Program-made: the position numbers and the translations under genes
Assembly (NCBI GenBank): GCA_964016885.1
Contig: OZ024756.1
Coordinates: forward strand, 35,960,001-36,024,000
Length of the DNA: 64,000 nucleotides
DNA from: Eledone cirrhosa
Lineage: Eukaryota
Direction: 5' to 3'
The notes under the pieces: model-generated
Seen by the model: the letters and a program-made list of their open reading frames with translations, nothing else
Databases searched by the model: none
What the model was told of the DNA's origin: nothing
Part shown: positions 1 through 13,452 of the stretch, piece after piece
Numbering within the stretch: the first letter of the stretch is position 1
How the letters are laid out: the number at the start of each line of letters is the position of its first letter

Positions 1-125
1 AATAATGTTTTGAATGTTTACTTCTCATAAGAAGTGACAGAAATATTTGAATCTCAGGACTGTGACTGTCATAACTATGATCTGTCATGTCAATAATAGA
101 CAAAGCTATGATCTGTACAGATGAA

Positions 126-383
126 TAACTGTCATAGTTAAGATCTGTGTAGGTCAATAACCGTCATAGTTAAGATCTGTGTAGGTCAGTAACTGTCATA
201 GTTAAGATCTGTGTAGGTCAGTAACTGTCATAGTTAAGATCTGTGTAGGTCAGTAACTGTCATAGTTAAGATCTGTGTAGGTCAGTAACTGTCATAGTTA
301 AGATCTGTGTAGGTCAGTAACTGTCATAGTTAAGATCTGTGTAGGTCAGTAACTGTCATAGTTAAGATCTGTGTAGGTCAGTA
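126..383. repeat. 32-bp minisatellite, about 8 copies
   Basis: Unit TAACTGTCATAGTTAAGATCTGTGTAGGTCAG repeated near-perfectly. Confidence 0.95.
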
Positions 384-504
384 ATAAACAGCTATGACTG
401 TAACTAATATGACTTAGCATAGTTAAGACTAATGTAGTAATGAGGTCTATCACTGCTACTTTTATGACCGGGGTAGATTTATGATTGTGTAGTGTTTTAA
501 TTAA

Positions 505-805
505 ATTGCTCCACTCAGCTAATATCATTACTTCACTCATTTTGATATCATTCCGCTTGGCTGGTATCATAGCTTCACTCAGTCGATATCATTGCTCCAC
601 TCAGCTGGTTTCATAGCATTACTCAGTCAATAACATTGCTCCACTCAGCTGGTATCATTGCTCCACTCAGCTGGTATCATTGCTCCACTCAGTTGATAAC
701 ATTGCTCCATTCGGCTTGTATCATTGCCTCACTCAAACGATATCATTGCTCCACTCGGCTGGTCTCTAAGCATCACTCAACTTATATTGAATCCTTCACT
801 CAGCA
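505..805. repeat. Degenerate 22-bp tandem repeat
   Basis: Unit about CATTGCTCCACTCAGCTGGTAT; resembles the CATTGCTCCAG...ACTCAGCTG segment of the CORE-type SINE in this window. Confidence 0.85.
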
Positions 806-1786
806 AAACTTCTCAGCAACACATCTCTCATGTTGACATTATATTTATATATATATATGTGTGTGAGGTGTGCACACTGAGTAGCTGTAGAACTATTGTG
901 TATTGATATATATATATATATACACACCCACACACCATAAACATATATACACATGCATATATATGTAGATGTATATACATGTATATACATTCCCATTTAG
1001 CCAAAAGATTAATTAATTATGTGGCCACCATTTGGAGTCAGTGAGTTTAATGTCCTCCTCAAGTGAAACAACATTACAACAACAATGTTTAAACAACAAC
1101 AATACAACAACAACAGCGACGTTTAAACATTCTTGTTTCCTTTGTTGAATGTCACATGCTGGCCTTTTTTTTTCTTTTATTTTGATACACACATTGTAAT
1201 AATGAGGAGGAGGAGACAAGAAGAAGAGGAGGAGGAGGAGGGAGAAGAGGAGGGTGTGTGATGGAGACCTGCTTTATCACCGTTTGACCAATCTTTCACA
1301 CATTGACTACACAATGATTCATTGACACACACACACACATGCACACACACACATATACATACGCATACCTACATACATACAGTAGACACAAACATTTATC
1401 CACCTTTATTGGGGTTGTGAAGCTAAAATTGTCTAGAACCTCCCTTTTTTTTTTTTTTTACCCGCCCTTACTTGGACAGACATAACGAAGGGCCTTTGTT
1501 TTAAAGCATCTAGAATTTTAAGTTAGTCGGCATCGGTGCCTTGCCCTTCCCCAGAAACCGACCCAAAGAAAAAAACAAACTGAAAACCTGTTAAGGTCAC
1601 AACTAAAGTGCTATATGGTTTGGAGAAATGGTTCTCCAGCTGCTGCCAACTTGTTAAACTGCAACCTTATACAAACCTGAAGGAAGTTTCTGCTGAAAAA
1701 CTGAAGGACAAACAAAAGAAGGAACTAACTCGCAAACAAATCCAAACTTTGTCCTGATTCGGCATTAGACAAACAAGTTGGCCATA

Positions 1787-1884
1787 ATGTTTGATGTTCA
1801 AAATATTTATGGTACCCCACAGATCACCCGTAAACAACAACAACAGTCATTAAGACCACGTCGTATGACTCTCATTGACCTCAG
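1787..1884 (+). CDS. Candidate first coding exon of a large multi-exon gene (MFDVQNIYGTPQITRKQQQQSLRPRRMTLIDL, phase 2 end)
   Basis: ATG at 1787 with upstream in-frame TAG at 1766; non-repetitive sequence; donor CAG|GTATAT at 1884/1885; phase matches the exon at 11598. Confidence 0.6.
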
Positions 1885-1909
1885 GTATATATATATATGG
1901 AATGTTTTA

Positions 1910-2210
1910 AATTTAGCATGGAGACTAACCTCTAGTTTGAATATTTAATCTCTAAACCTCCAGCATTGCTATTGAAATATTTTCCAATTTAGCATGAAGA
2001 CTAATCTCTAACTCATCATTGATGTTGAAATAATTTGGATTTATAATCTCTAACCCAGCATTCCTGTTGAAATAGTTTGGATTTATAATATCTAACCCAT
2101 CATTGATGTTGAAATAGTTTGAATTGATAATCTTTAACCCAGCATTCCTGTTGAAATAGTTTGAATTTATAATCTCTAACCAAGCATCGTTGTTGCTGAA
2201 TCCCATTGTT
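1910..2210. repeat. Degenerate 42-bp tandem repeat, about 6 copies
   Basis: Unit about CTCTAACCCAGCATTCCTGTTGAAATAGTTTGGATTTATAAT; explains the 14-aa periodic ORF 1952-2206. Confidence 0.85.
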
Positions 2211-2494
2211 TTGATTTACAAATTTTCCAACAGACCTTTACTACATTACCCCCTCCCTTTACTACATTACCCCCTCCCTTTACTAACTTTGCCACAATAA
2301 CAGAAACTGTTCTTTCTTATTTACTCTGTTGAATGTTTTATATTTTCTGCCAGCATAACCTGGTTTTTGTATCCATTTTTCTTATTCATTTATTAATGTG
2401 ACAATGATATTTTAACAGAGAGAAGAGGACCTCAAACCAATGGAGATAATCGTTTAGTGCACCAGACACCTTGATCTCATTGGATATTAAAATA

Positions 2495-2700
2495 CTATCA
2501 TCATTATCATCCCTTTCTGTCTGCCTCTTCATCTTTGCATGTGTTGGACAGGTCTTTTTCAGCATAGCCACTCTCCATCTCCACGTGTTGCATTCCTTTG
2601 TCATCTCCTCTGTGAGGTTCAGCGATCTGAGATCAGCTACCATTACTTCTGCCAAGGTCATCCTCAATTGTCCTCTCCTGCAGCTTCCTTCCACAGAGAC
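2495..2700 (-). mobile_element. RTE-clade LINE 3' fragment
   Basis: Minus strand reads EGSCRRGQLRMTLAEVMVADLRSLNLTEEMTKECNTWR then a (GAT)n-like tail; homologous to 44005-44560. Confidence 0.8.
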
Positions 2701-3126
2701 CTCTTTAGCATTTACATATATACTATTATATTTTTGTGATAAAGGCTTTACCTTATGTAATATCTCACATGATATCGAATCTACGAGATTTTGATATTAT
2801 TTATTTTGAGAACAATACCTTAACATAAGTATGAGTAGCTGGTTATAGCTGGTTTGAACAGAAAGGGCTGAGAGAATTCTGGCCGGATATGTCTGGTTTA
2901 AAAGCTAAAGGGCTAACTCTTTAGGTACTAGCCTTCCCCAAAATGGTTCTGGTTCTGTGAAACAAAGCCACTCATTTTAAAGGGTTTTTATTTAAATTAA
3001 AATCTTCCAAAATAATTATATATACATATATAGCAATGAAACAAATTTAGTAAATTCTCAAAAAATTTTTTAATTAGTTAATTGAATGATTGTATTTCAT
3101 TAGAAATACGGTCATGAAAAGGTTAA
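2700..3126. mobile_element. Two adjacent piggyBac-like MITE remnants
   Basis: 2700-2917 matches the TTAACCCTTTAGCATTTA family; 2915-3126 ends AAAAGGTTAA and matches the host element at 5904-6712. Confidence 0.6.
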
Positions 3127-4384
3127 GGGTTTGTGGGATATACTCCTGTCTGGTGTGGTGTGTTGACCCTTGAGATAAGGCATGCGTGTGTGCACACACA
3201 TCCACGTACAGACACTCGCATAATACACGCACACATATACATGTACACACACATACACATGGTGGGGATGGTTGTAGTGGTGGATGTGATGGTAATAGTA
3301 GTAAGGTGGTGGTGTTTGTAATAATGGTCGCAATAGTTGTGTGGTGGTGGTGGTGGTGGTGGTTTTGGTGGTGGTGGTTTTAGTAGTAGTGTGAGTGGTG
3401 GTGGTGGTTTTAGTAGTGGTGTGAGTGGTGTTGGTGGTGTTCTGTTGTATTTGTGGCTAATTGGATCTATAATTACAAGGTCTGCTTGAGTTGATTAGTT
3501 GTAATGATGGTGGTTGTGGCTGTAGTAGCAGTGGTGGTGGTGGTTGTGTGTGTGTATGGTGGGGGTTACAGTCTATTTCCAACCATTAGGTGGTAGAGTG
3601 AGATATGTTGAATATAGTCCAGGAAGTGTTACCTTTCCAGTGGTTCCCTATGGTTGACTGTGCATGAAATAGCTGAGAAGTGTGTTATTAGTATTAGTAA
3701 CACTCACCTGACAATCTGGCTTTAGTCCAATGTCAAAGTGACCCAACACTTCAACTCAGGTCACTCTGACCTTCTCTGTCTTGTCTTCACTCTACTTGAC
3801 ATCATTGGGTCAAGCTGGCCTTGCTACAATGGTCACCTCCATACACTGAAAGAAATTATTAAAATTAGACCAGTACTTCTGAACTTGGGTGTTTGCAAAG
3901 CTATGACCACTACCTTCAATTAGACCAGTGCTTTCCAACCTGGGAGGTCCAAGTCAGAGTCAGTTCTTATTCGGAGTTACAGCTCTTCTACATTGGTTGG
4001 CAAGTACCGCTATATGGTTCTTATATAAAATTATGTAGGAAGATTTTAATTTAAATAGAAATCCTTTAAAATGGGTGACTTTGTTTCATAGAACCAGAAC
4101 CAGTTTGGGGCTTGTTAGTATCAAAGGTGGACTGTATGGGTGAGACATGGTCCTACCCGAGCTGTCCAGTTTTGGCATCATTTCTGCCTGTTCTAGCACC
4201 AACCACTTTACAGTGTGTACTCCATCCATATTATCATAGAATCAGCACTGGTGAGGTGGCCCTATACCCTGTGAGCCTAAATAGTCCTAGTGGTTAGGGT
4301 GTTGGACTCTCTTGGACTAAGTAGTGCTGTGTATTTTTGATAGTAAGATGCTTTGTTTCATGTTGCTTTCCATGATAGGACTAT

Positions 4385-5020
4385 AGTGATGATGGTGGTG
4401 GTGGTGATGAGAGTGAGGGTAAAAGAGGTGGTGGTGGTGATGATGAGAGTGAAGGTAATAGAGGTGGTGATGGTGAGGGTAATGGTGGTGATGATTGTGA
4501 GGGTAATGGAGGTGGAGGTGGTGGTGGTGGTAATAGTAGTGATGATGGTGGCAATAGTGGTTGTGGTGATGATGATGGTGGTGGTGATGAGGGTAATAGA
4601 GGTGGTGGTAGTGGTGAAGGTGGTAATAGTGGTGATGTTTGTGGTTGTGATGATAGTGATGGTGAGGGTAAAAGTGGTGATGTGACCCAATCATTTGATC
4701 TTTCACTGACCCATAGACCATGAACAGATAATCCACAGGATATACAGACAGATAAGCTTACCACCACCATTTCCACTATCACTAGAACCACCACCACCAC
4801 CACCACCACCACCATTTCCACTATCACCAGAACCACTACCACCACCGCCACCACCATTTCCACTATCACCAGAACCACTGCCACTACTACCACCAGAACC
4901 ACTGCCACTACTACCACCACCACTACTACCACCATCATGAACGCCATCATCATCATCATGATCATCACCACCATCATCACCACCACCACCACCACCAATA
5001 ACAACAACAACAACAAAACA
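4385..5020. repeat. (GGT/GAT)n and (ACC)n low-complexity tracts
   Basis: Trinucleotide-derived repeats; source of poly-V/T/H/P ORFs. Confidence 0.9.
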
Positions 5021-5312
5021 TTTGATAACATTTTTGCTTTTACTATTTTATTTTTTAGAATTCTTTTTTTAATCAAAGTAAAGTTAATTTGATAGTTTGA
5101 GGACTCTTTAAGGTTACCATGGTAACTATGTGTTTGGTGTGTCATTGGCTAGGGTGGAGTGGGGGTGGGGGTGGTGAGGTGTGTAGTTTGGTAAGATTGT
5201 GTGGGGTGGTGTAGGGTGGAGAGGCTCACACCTGATAACACAGGACACTGTTTAGTGGTGGTGCTGGGTGGTGGCCACGTGAGTGGTGGGGGAGAGGAAC
5301 TCTGTTGGCTTG

Positions 5313-5366
<54 letters not shown>

Positions 5367-5960
5367 GAAGGCGCATACACACCTATACATTCTTATACAT
5401 ACATTTTCTTACAGATACACATATATTTTTGTATACATTCAGAGTTACATATACACTCATATATATATGTATGCACATACACATATATGTTCTTACAGAT
5501 ACACATGTATTTTTATATACAAATATAATATATACAGTCTTACATATACACTCTTATATATGCACCAACAACTGCATGTACATATACACACACTCTTACA
5601 TATACATGTTTTACAGTATTTTTGTACATATTCAGACTTATATGTACACTCATATATATATATACACGTATACACATACATGTTCGTACAGATACGCATA
5701 TAGACTTATTTGTGCACTCATACGCATGCACACACACACACACTCTTACAGATACACACATATTTTAGTACATTGAAACCTTCAAAGTTACATGTAAACT
5801 CTTATACATACTCATACAGATAGACATGCATTTTTTTACACATTTAAAATTACATGTAAAGTCTTATACATATGCATACATACACATATGTGCAAATATA
5901 TTTTTAACCCTTTCTTGACCACATTTCTAATGAAATACTCTCTATTTTAAATAATTAATT

Positions 5961-6148
5961 AATTGTTTCTACTTTTGGCACAAGGCCAGCAATTAATCCA
6001 GTGTATTACTGGTACTTTATTTTATCGACCCCGTAAGGATGAAAGGCAAAGTTAACCTTGGCGGGATTTGAACTCAGACCTTAAAAGGACATAACTTTAT
6101 TTTGCTGCAAAGCATAGCGTCCGACCCTCTACCGATACTGCCAATCCA
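5961..6148 (-). mobile_element. SINE family A (tRNA head plus Meta-domain-like core)
   Basis: Reverse complement has an A-box-like TGGCAGTATCGGTAGA, B-box GAGTTCAAATCCC and core GCCTTTCATCCTTACGGGGTCGATAAAATAAAGTACCAG; more than 15 copies in the window. Confidence 0.9.
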
Positions 6149-6180
6149 ATAATAAATTAATGAAGAATTTTGAGTGATAT

Positions 6181-6380
6181 TTAAAACCTCCATGCTTCCT
6201 GAGATTCGCCAACACTACACCTGATATCCCCCCCTCCATACTCACGCACACATGTATTTCAAGACTCGTTCACTGTTCATTTTCCTGACATTTCTACATT
6301 ATTCTATGTACTATACATGCACCTTTGATGAGTTGTAGTGCACCTGAGCACTGTACACAATAATTTCATTATTATTATTA
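6181..6380 (+). mobile_element. CR1-clade LINE 3' end with (ATT)n tail
   Basis: Matches the 3' part of the CR1 fragment at 24015-24387. Confidence 0.8.
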
Positions 6381-6563
6381 GATTGGCAGTATCAGTAGAG
6401 GTTCGGACGCCATGCTTTGACGCATAGAGTTACGGCCTTTGCCATTCTGAGTTCAAATCCCGCCGAGGTTAACTTTGCCTTTCATCCTTACGGGGTCGAA
6501 TAAAATAAAGTACCAGTAAGACACTGGGTAATTGCTGGCCTTGTGCCTAAAGTAGAAACAATT
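6381..6563 (+). mobile_element. SINE family A
   Basis: A-box, B-box and core as above; flanked by ATTATTATTA on both sides. Confidence 0.9.
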
Positions 6564-7079
6564 ATTATTAGTAGTAAGATAGTAACTTAAAGTAAGGTTC
6601 TTATATAAAATTATGTTGGAAGATTTTAATTTAAATTGGAAACCTTTAAAATGGGTGGGTTTTTTAATAGAAACAGAGCTGGTGTTTGCTGGGTTGGTAA
6701 CTAAATGGTTAATTTCAAAAGTACATTTGGTGATCTGGAATTTCTTTGATCAAAGATGTGTTGAACCAGTGTTGACCCAGGGATAAACAACTACCACAGC
6801 AGAATCACTTTAGGTTTTAATTTAAAATAATATTTATTGATGATCTGGGATGCTTTTGATCCAAAGTGTACTTAATGAGGGGTGATATGGGGCTAAAACA
6901 ACTGCAACAGCATAAGCTCAGTTGGGGTGGGGTGTGTGTGGGGGCTTAATTGGAAATGTTCCAGTATCACCTGGAATGTCTTTGATCATAGGTGTGATTA
7001 ATCAGGGTTGACCTGGAGTGAAACAACAGAATTGTGTTGTTTGGGTTTTAGTTTTGAATGTTGTTTTGGTGCCCCCAAC

Positions 7080-7680
<601 letters not shown>

Positions 7681-7941
7681 GTCTCAGACAGGAACTAAAC
7701 TGCCTATTGTCACAGATGTTTATTATGGTGGATGTGACATGTCAGATTGTAGAAATACTTTTAGACAAATACACCAATTAACTTGGGTAGCAGTGTACAA
7801 ACTTATCTTTATTTGGAATTGTTCAGTCAGAGATAGAATTAAAATTGTATTTTTCAGTGCTAATATTGAGAGAATGCTAGTGTTTAGTAGTTGGAAGCAT
7901 TTGAAGACAGAATGCAGACAGACAGAGTGAATACTGCATGC

Positions 7942-8312
7942 TTAACCCTTTAGCATTTAAACCTGCTTTAACTAGCCACTCATACTGATGTTGAGGTATT
8001 GTTCTTAAAATAAATAATATCAAAATGTTGTAGAGTTGATATTATGTGAGACAATTATGCGAGGTAAAACCTTTACCGTGAAAATATAATAGTAAATATA
8101 GAGTAATGTAAATGCTAAAGGGTTAAATCGGCCAGAATCCCCTCACATCTTTCTGTTCAAACCAGCTGTAATCGGCTGCTCATACTGATGTTAAGGTATT
8201 GTTCTCAAAATAAATAATACCAAAATCTCATAGATTTGGTATTATGTGGGGTAAAGCCTTTACCATGAAAATAGATAGCACATATAGAGTAATGTAAATG
8301 CTAAAGGGTTAA
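7942..8312. mobile_element. piggyBac-like MITE, one copy plus a tandem partial copy
   Basis: Termini TTAACCCTTTAGCATTTA ... TAAATGCTAAAGGGTTAA (TTAA plus CCCTTT ends); second right end at about 8312. Confidence 0.8.
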
Positions 8313-8537
8313 ATAACTCTGCTAGGAACATTATTTCTTTATTCGATGACTTTGCTCTTTTCATCCCTCTCTCCTCTCCTTTCTACATCCCTCTCTCCTC
8401 TCCTTTCTACATACATGACCTACTCTTCAAGGAACATGCCAGTTGAGGGTTCACACCTTGTAAAAATCACTTCTGAAGACAGATGGTACCTCTTGAGGTT
8501 TTGTTATAACAGCTTTAATTATCTACACACATGAAAC

Positions 8538-8569
<32 letters not shown>

Positions 8570-9265
8570 TATACACACATACATCATCATTATCACTTTT
8601 ATGGCCGCTTTTCCATATATATATATATATATACACATATATACACACATACATCATCATTATCACTTTTATGGCCGCTTTTCCATATATATGTATATAT
8701 ATGCAGAGAGAGATGTAAAGTTTTGACTGTGGCACCAATGGGTTTCGGCTTGTGTGTTCAGCAAGTCTTTTCCAAGGGTGTAGTAATATTTGCATTGAGT
8801 ACTCCCATGAATAGTGGTCTCCTTGGTCTCAGCACTAGTTGTAGTGGTGGTGGTAGTAGAAGTAGTAGTACTAGTGGTTATGAACAGTAACACTTTTGAA
8901 ATAGTCCTAAATTATATATTGGTAGTAGTGACTAGTATTAATACAGTAGTGGTGGTAGTAGTAGTGGTGGTAGTAGAGATAGTGGTGGTAGTAGTAGTAG
9001 GAGAGATAGTGGTGGTAATGTGGTAGTGGTGGTGGTAGTAGTAATTAATCTCTGCTGGAAATCTGAACACTCCCCCTTCCCCTCACCTCCCATAATCTAT
9101 CACATCTAGCCCCCCCCCCCCCCCCCACTGGCCCCACCACCATACCCCCCTCTCTCTCATCCACCTTCCCCCTTCCATCTGTTTCTCCATACTCCACTAG
9201 GAAAATATCCCAACATAGATGAAGGGACTGAAGAAGATGCTGGAACAACTCCTTTTTAGGGAACT

Positions 9266-9303
<38 letters not shown>

Positions 9304-9539
9304 GAAATGTGTGTATATATATATATATATGTGTGTATATATAAATATATATATAAATACGCACATACACACACATATATATATAATATGTAGGTATATT
9401 TAATATATAATATGTATATATAATTTATACACACACATATATATATATATATACACATATGAATATATGTAATATATATAACAGAGGTTTAATTTCTTCA
9501 CTGGCTCATTAGTGGAACGGGAGGGGGAGTAGCAGGGTT

Positions 9540-10120
9540 CAGTGATGGTGGTGGTGTTAGCAGTGGTGTAGGTGATGGTGGTGGTAATGTTGGTAGCAGT
9601 GATGATGGTGGTGGTAGTGGTAGTAGTGGTGTAGGTGGTGGTGGTGGTGGTAGCAGTGGTGTAGGTGATGGTGGTGTTGTTGGTAACAGTGATGATGGTG
9701 GTGGTGGTAACAGTGGTGTAGGTGGTGGTGGTGGTAGCAGTGATGATGGTGGTGGTAGTGTTGGTAGCAGTGATGATGGTGGTGGTAGTGGTAGTAGTGG
9801 TGTAGGTGGTGGTGGTGGTGGTAGCAGTGGTGTAGGTGATGGTGGTGGTAGTGTTGGTAGCAGTGATGATGGTGGTGGTAGTGGTAGCAGTGGTGTAGGT
9901 GATGGTGGTGTTGTTGGTAACAGTGATGATGGTGGTGGTAGTGTTGGTAGCAGTGATGATGATGGTGGTGGTGGTAACAGTGGTGTAGGTGGTGGTGGTG
10001 GTAGCAGTGATGATGGTGGTAGTGTTGGTAGCAGTGATGATGGTGGTGGTAGTGGTAGTAGTGGTGTAGGTGGTGGTGGTGGTGGTGGTAGCAGTGATGA
10101 TGGGGGTGGTGGTGTTGGTG
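9540..10120. repeat. (GGT)n-derived compound repeat
   Basis: GGTGGTGGTAGCAGTGATGAT-type units; source of the Thr-rich ORF 9400-10164. Confidence 0.9.
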
Positions 10121-10370
10121 ATAAACAGATGGCGGGAGAGATTAAAAATAATTTTATTTTTCACATATAATAATCACATAATCACATGATGTCAGATTTA
10201 AATCAGATATGGAGAGGGGGTAGATGAGGGAGTGGATGTAGACATTAGATTGTGTGATGTTCATGCCTTTCTCAAAGCTACAGTAAATATAAGTGAAGTG
10301 AAATTACTATTAATGGGAACTGAATCTAGTCACAGACATTTCTTTTCCCAAATCTTCTTTACTGTTCTAT

Positions 10371-10452
<82 letters not shown>

Positions 10453-10456
<4 letters not shown>

Positions 10457-10637
10457 GTTTTTACATTAGACACAAGGCCAGCAATTACCCAGTGTATTAC
10501 TGGTACTTTATTTTATCGACCCCGTAAGGATGAAAGGCAAAGTTAACCTCGGCGGGATTTGAACTCAGAATGGCAAGGGCCGTAACTCTATACGTCAAAG
10601 CATGGTGACTGACCCTCTACCGATACTGCCAATCCCA
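10453..10637 (-). mobile_element. SINE family A
   Basis: Near full-length match to the family consensus. Confidence 0.9.
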
Positions 10638-10828
10638 TTATTGTGTACAGTGCTCAGGTGCACTACAACTCATCAAAGGTGCATGTATAGTACATAGAAT
10701 AATGTAGAAATGTCAGGAAAATGAACAGTGTACGAGTCATGAAATACATGTGTGCGTGTGTATGGAGGAGAGGAGGGGGGGACATCAGGTGTAGTGTTGG
10801 CGAATCTCAGGAAGCATGGAGGTTTTAA
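10638..10828 (-). mobile_element. CR1-clade LINE 3' end
   Basis: Reverse complement of 6181-6365. Confidence 0.8.
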
Positions 10829-10839
10829 CCATTATCTGA

Positions 10840-10940
10840 ATTGGCAGTATCGGTAGAGGGTCGGACGCCATGCTTTCCAGCATAGTTGCTTCCCTTTATG
10901 GTCTGAGTTCAAATCCCGTCGGGGTTAACTTTTCCTTTCA
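10840..10940 (+). mobile_element. SINE family A, 3'-truncated
   Basis: Head and B-box present; breaks at CCTTTCA and joins a short CR1 tail piece (to about 10972). Confidence 0.85.
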
Positions 10941-11597
10941 AAGGTGCATGTATTGTACATAGAATAATGTAGTCCTGTATCCCCACTGAGGTAATATGTG
11001 ACTTCAGTGGCCTTGTATTTTCACAGGGGTAACATTAATTACTCCATTGCTATTATCACATGTTAACCCTCTATTAGTAATACAAATATTTAAAGAAAAA
11101 TGTCAATATATTTTATTAATTGTCTTATTACAAAATAATTCTAAGTTGATTAATCACGTGACTAACAATATGATACTAATATTTTAACTAGGTTATTAAT
11201 TAAAAAATATATTAATGTATTTTGTATAAGATGAATATATATACATATACAACAGTAGAGTCAGTGGGAGTTAACTCCCTTGTTCAACAAAGTTTCGTCG
11301 TTGATGTGATCGTTGAAAATATATATATATATATACACACTCGTCTGATCTCTGCTTACACACACATACACACATACACCACACATACAAACATACACCA
11401 CAGATACCACACACACACATTCAACCATCCCCACACTACACACACACACACACACACACAATGTGAATATAAGACGATTTTATTGCCAGGAATAAGGTAC
11501 AAACGAATAAAAAATAAAAAAAACCCAGTCTTCAGAGATGTGACATTGCAAATGGTGAATGTTGTTGCTAATGTGATGTTTTTGTTTTGTTTTGTAG

Positions 11598-11691
11598 GAA
11601 TGTCCGGCTTGAGGAAGATGATGCCCGATTTCGTCGTACTGCCTCAGGAACGATTAAATTTGAGGGCTCTGGAGGACAGTTCTCATCAAAG
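11598..11691 (+). CDS. Candidate second coding exon ((R)NVRLEEDDARFRRTASGTIKFEGSGGQFSSK); possibly TRPM-like channel N-terminus, product uncertain
   Basis: Acceptor TTTGTTTTGTTTTGTAG|, donor AAG|GTAGGG, open in the phase set by the 1787-1884 exon, GC-richer than flanks; GTIKFEG..K resembles the TRPM G(T/D/E)I.F.G...K segment. Confidence 0.7.
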
Positions 11692-11692
11692 G

Positions 11693-11925
11693 TAGGGTCA
11701 CATTTACACTAACTAGGCTCACATTTACACTAATTAAGCTCACATTTACACTAACTACGCTCACATTTACACTAACTAGGCTCACATTTACACTAATTAA
11801 GCTCACATTTACACTAACTACGCTCACATTTACACTAACTAGGCTCACATTTACACTAACTAGGCTCACATTTACACTAACTAGGCTCACATTTACACTA
11901 ACTAGGCTTACATTTATACTGACTG
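11693..11925 (+). repeat. 21-bp minisatellite, 11 copies, each with ACTAAY (last ACTGAC)
   Basis: Unit CTCACATTTACACTAACTAGG with variants; begins at the splice donor. Confidence 0.95.
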
Positions 11926-11936
11926 ACCTCTTACAC

Positions 11937-12071
11937 CAGTGCTTCCCAATCATTTCACTACCAATGATCCATTTCATGTAAATAAATGTTCTCATGGATC
12001 CCACCCCCAGTACTACCTTTGTAAACCCCCCAGTTGGGTTGGTGTCACAGAGCATTGGTTGGGAACCTCTG
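11937..12071. mobile_element. hAT-like MITE
   Basis: TIRs CAGTGCTTCCCAA / TTGGGAACCTCTG; imperfect 8-bp TSD TCTTACAC / TCTTATAG. Confidence 0.65.
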
Positions 12072-13144
12072 TCTTATAGACGGTTGTCTGCTCTCACCCT
12101 GTACCCAGGACAACTTTATCTCTGGTTAAACTCTCTATATATTTCACATCCAGAAAAACCTTGTTGTCTCATATCTTTTTTCATCTCTTGACCAATTTCA
12201 GGGTCTCCAAGAGAATGTTAGAAGGGAGGAATATATTCTTAAAATTGGAGATCTCCAAATACTTGCAATAAAGTGGACTATGTTAAAGACAAACAATTTT
12301 ATTATTTCCTAGTCACAAGGAAGGGAAGTGTCCATACCCTATTTTAGTCTTCATTATTTTCAAAATTATTTGAAAATCGTAGACAGTGAAATCAATAATA
12401 AAGGGGTTAAAGTGTTTATATTTATCTAAAAACTTTTCATTATAATTTTATGGAAGGACTTTTGTGACATTATGTGTCAAACACCAGCTTAATGAGAGAG
12501 TTATATTACTATATCTCTCCAAACTCTTGGTTATTTAGAAAAATATAAACAGTATCTTTTATTAGAAATATGGCAATGGAAGAGTTAAAAGATATTTCCA
12601 ATTCCCATGGCACAACAACAACAACAATAAGAACAACACTTAGATGTAAAACCAGAATCCCACATTTTCAGAAATAGTAATCTGAGATTTTATATCTTAG
12701 GTCAATCCCATTCTTGTTAAATGAGGATAATGTTTTATTTAAATGTTAATTAGACAAACTAGGCAGAATAGCTAATTATAATTACTAACCATTAATATCA
12801 AGTAGTTTATAACATGTACTTAATGTCCTATAGACATTCAACATAATACCCATTGTGAGATGAAAGTTGATTTCAATGGATTTGAACTAGATACCAGAGG
12901 ATTCAATACACCACCAACAAGTGTTTGAAAGCCATAGTCCAAACTAAAGCAAGTGTTAACTTTGTGGGGCTCCAGGATAGTAGGCTTCATACTCATCATG
13001 GGGTCCTTTTAGAGGCAATGTTTTACAGCCAGATGTTCTCCCTGGCACTAATCTTTTTAGTCACCTCTTACAACATGCGGGGATACAATGCAGCTACTGG
13101 GAAAACTAGGATGTGACATATATTTTATATCTATTATGGGATCT

Positions 13145-13255
13145 GTGAAGGTGCATGGCCTAATGATTAGGGTGGTCGACATTACAACCATAATGTTGTG
13201 GGTTCAGTTTCTGGACAGTGTGGTGTGTCGTGTTCACATTGCTCCAGTAAACTGG
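13145..13255 (+). mobile_element. CORE-type SINE (family B), degenerate
   Basis: GAAGGTGCATGGCCTAATGATTAG head ... TTCACATTGCTCCAGT; matches 15063-15210. Confidence 0.65.
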
Positions 13256-13452
13256 TGTTCTGTCTATGTGTGAGTCTTCTACTATCAGTTGTGTAATGAG
13301 GAGGAAACCAGGATAAGCACCAGCCTGATGAGCCTTTCAAGCTTGAGGGGCCCACAAGGTTAACCCCTTCTTTAGCCTGGAAAATAGCCTTAAAACATGC
13401 AGGGATATGATGTACCAGGTACACACTGCAATAATATTTACACAATGTAATA

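Larger units (their letters stand above)
5904..6712. mobile_element. piggyBac-like non-autonomous element hosting nested SINE and CR1 insertions
   Basis: Starts TTAACCCTTT, ends AAATGGTTAA; internal AT-rich sequence matches 2915-3126 and 4010-4125. Confidence 0.55.

Noticed and set aside
9200-9260. Acceptor-like site followed by KYPNIDEGTEEDAGTTPF-stop
   Set aside because: Needs phase 1, which does not match the upstream exon; no donor.
9400-10164. Mucin-like Thr-rich ORF (also 4317-5145, 58820-59379)
   Set aside because: (GGT/ACC)n low complexity, open in several frames, no splice or domain support.
12202-12312. Good acceptor and phase 0 frame GLQENVRREEYILKIGDLQILAIKW...stop after exon 2
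   Set aside because: No convincing donor and no recognisable homology; could be a minor terminal exon but cannot be supported from sequence alone.
13320-13360. CTGATGAG followed by a hairpin, hammerhead-like
   Set aside because: No GAAA after stem II and no stem I or III.
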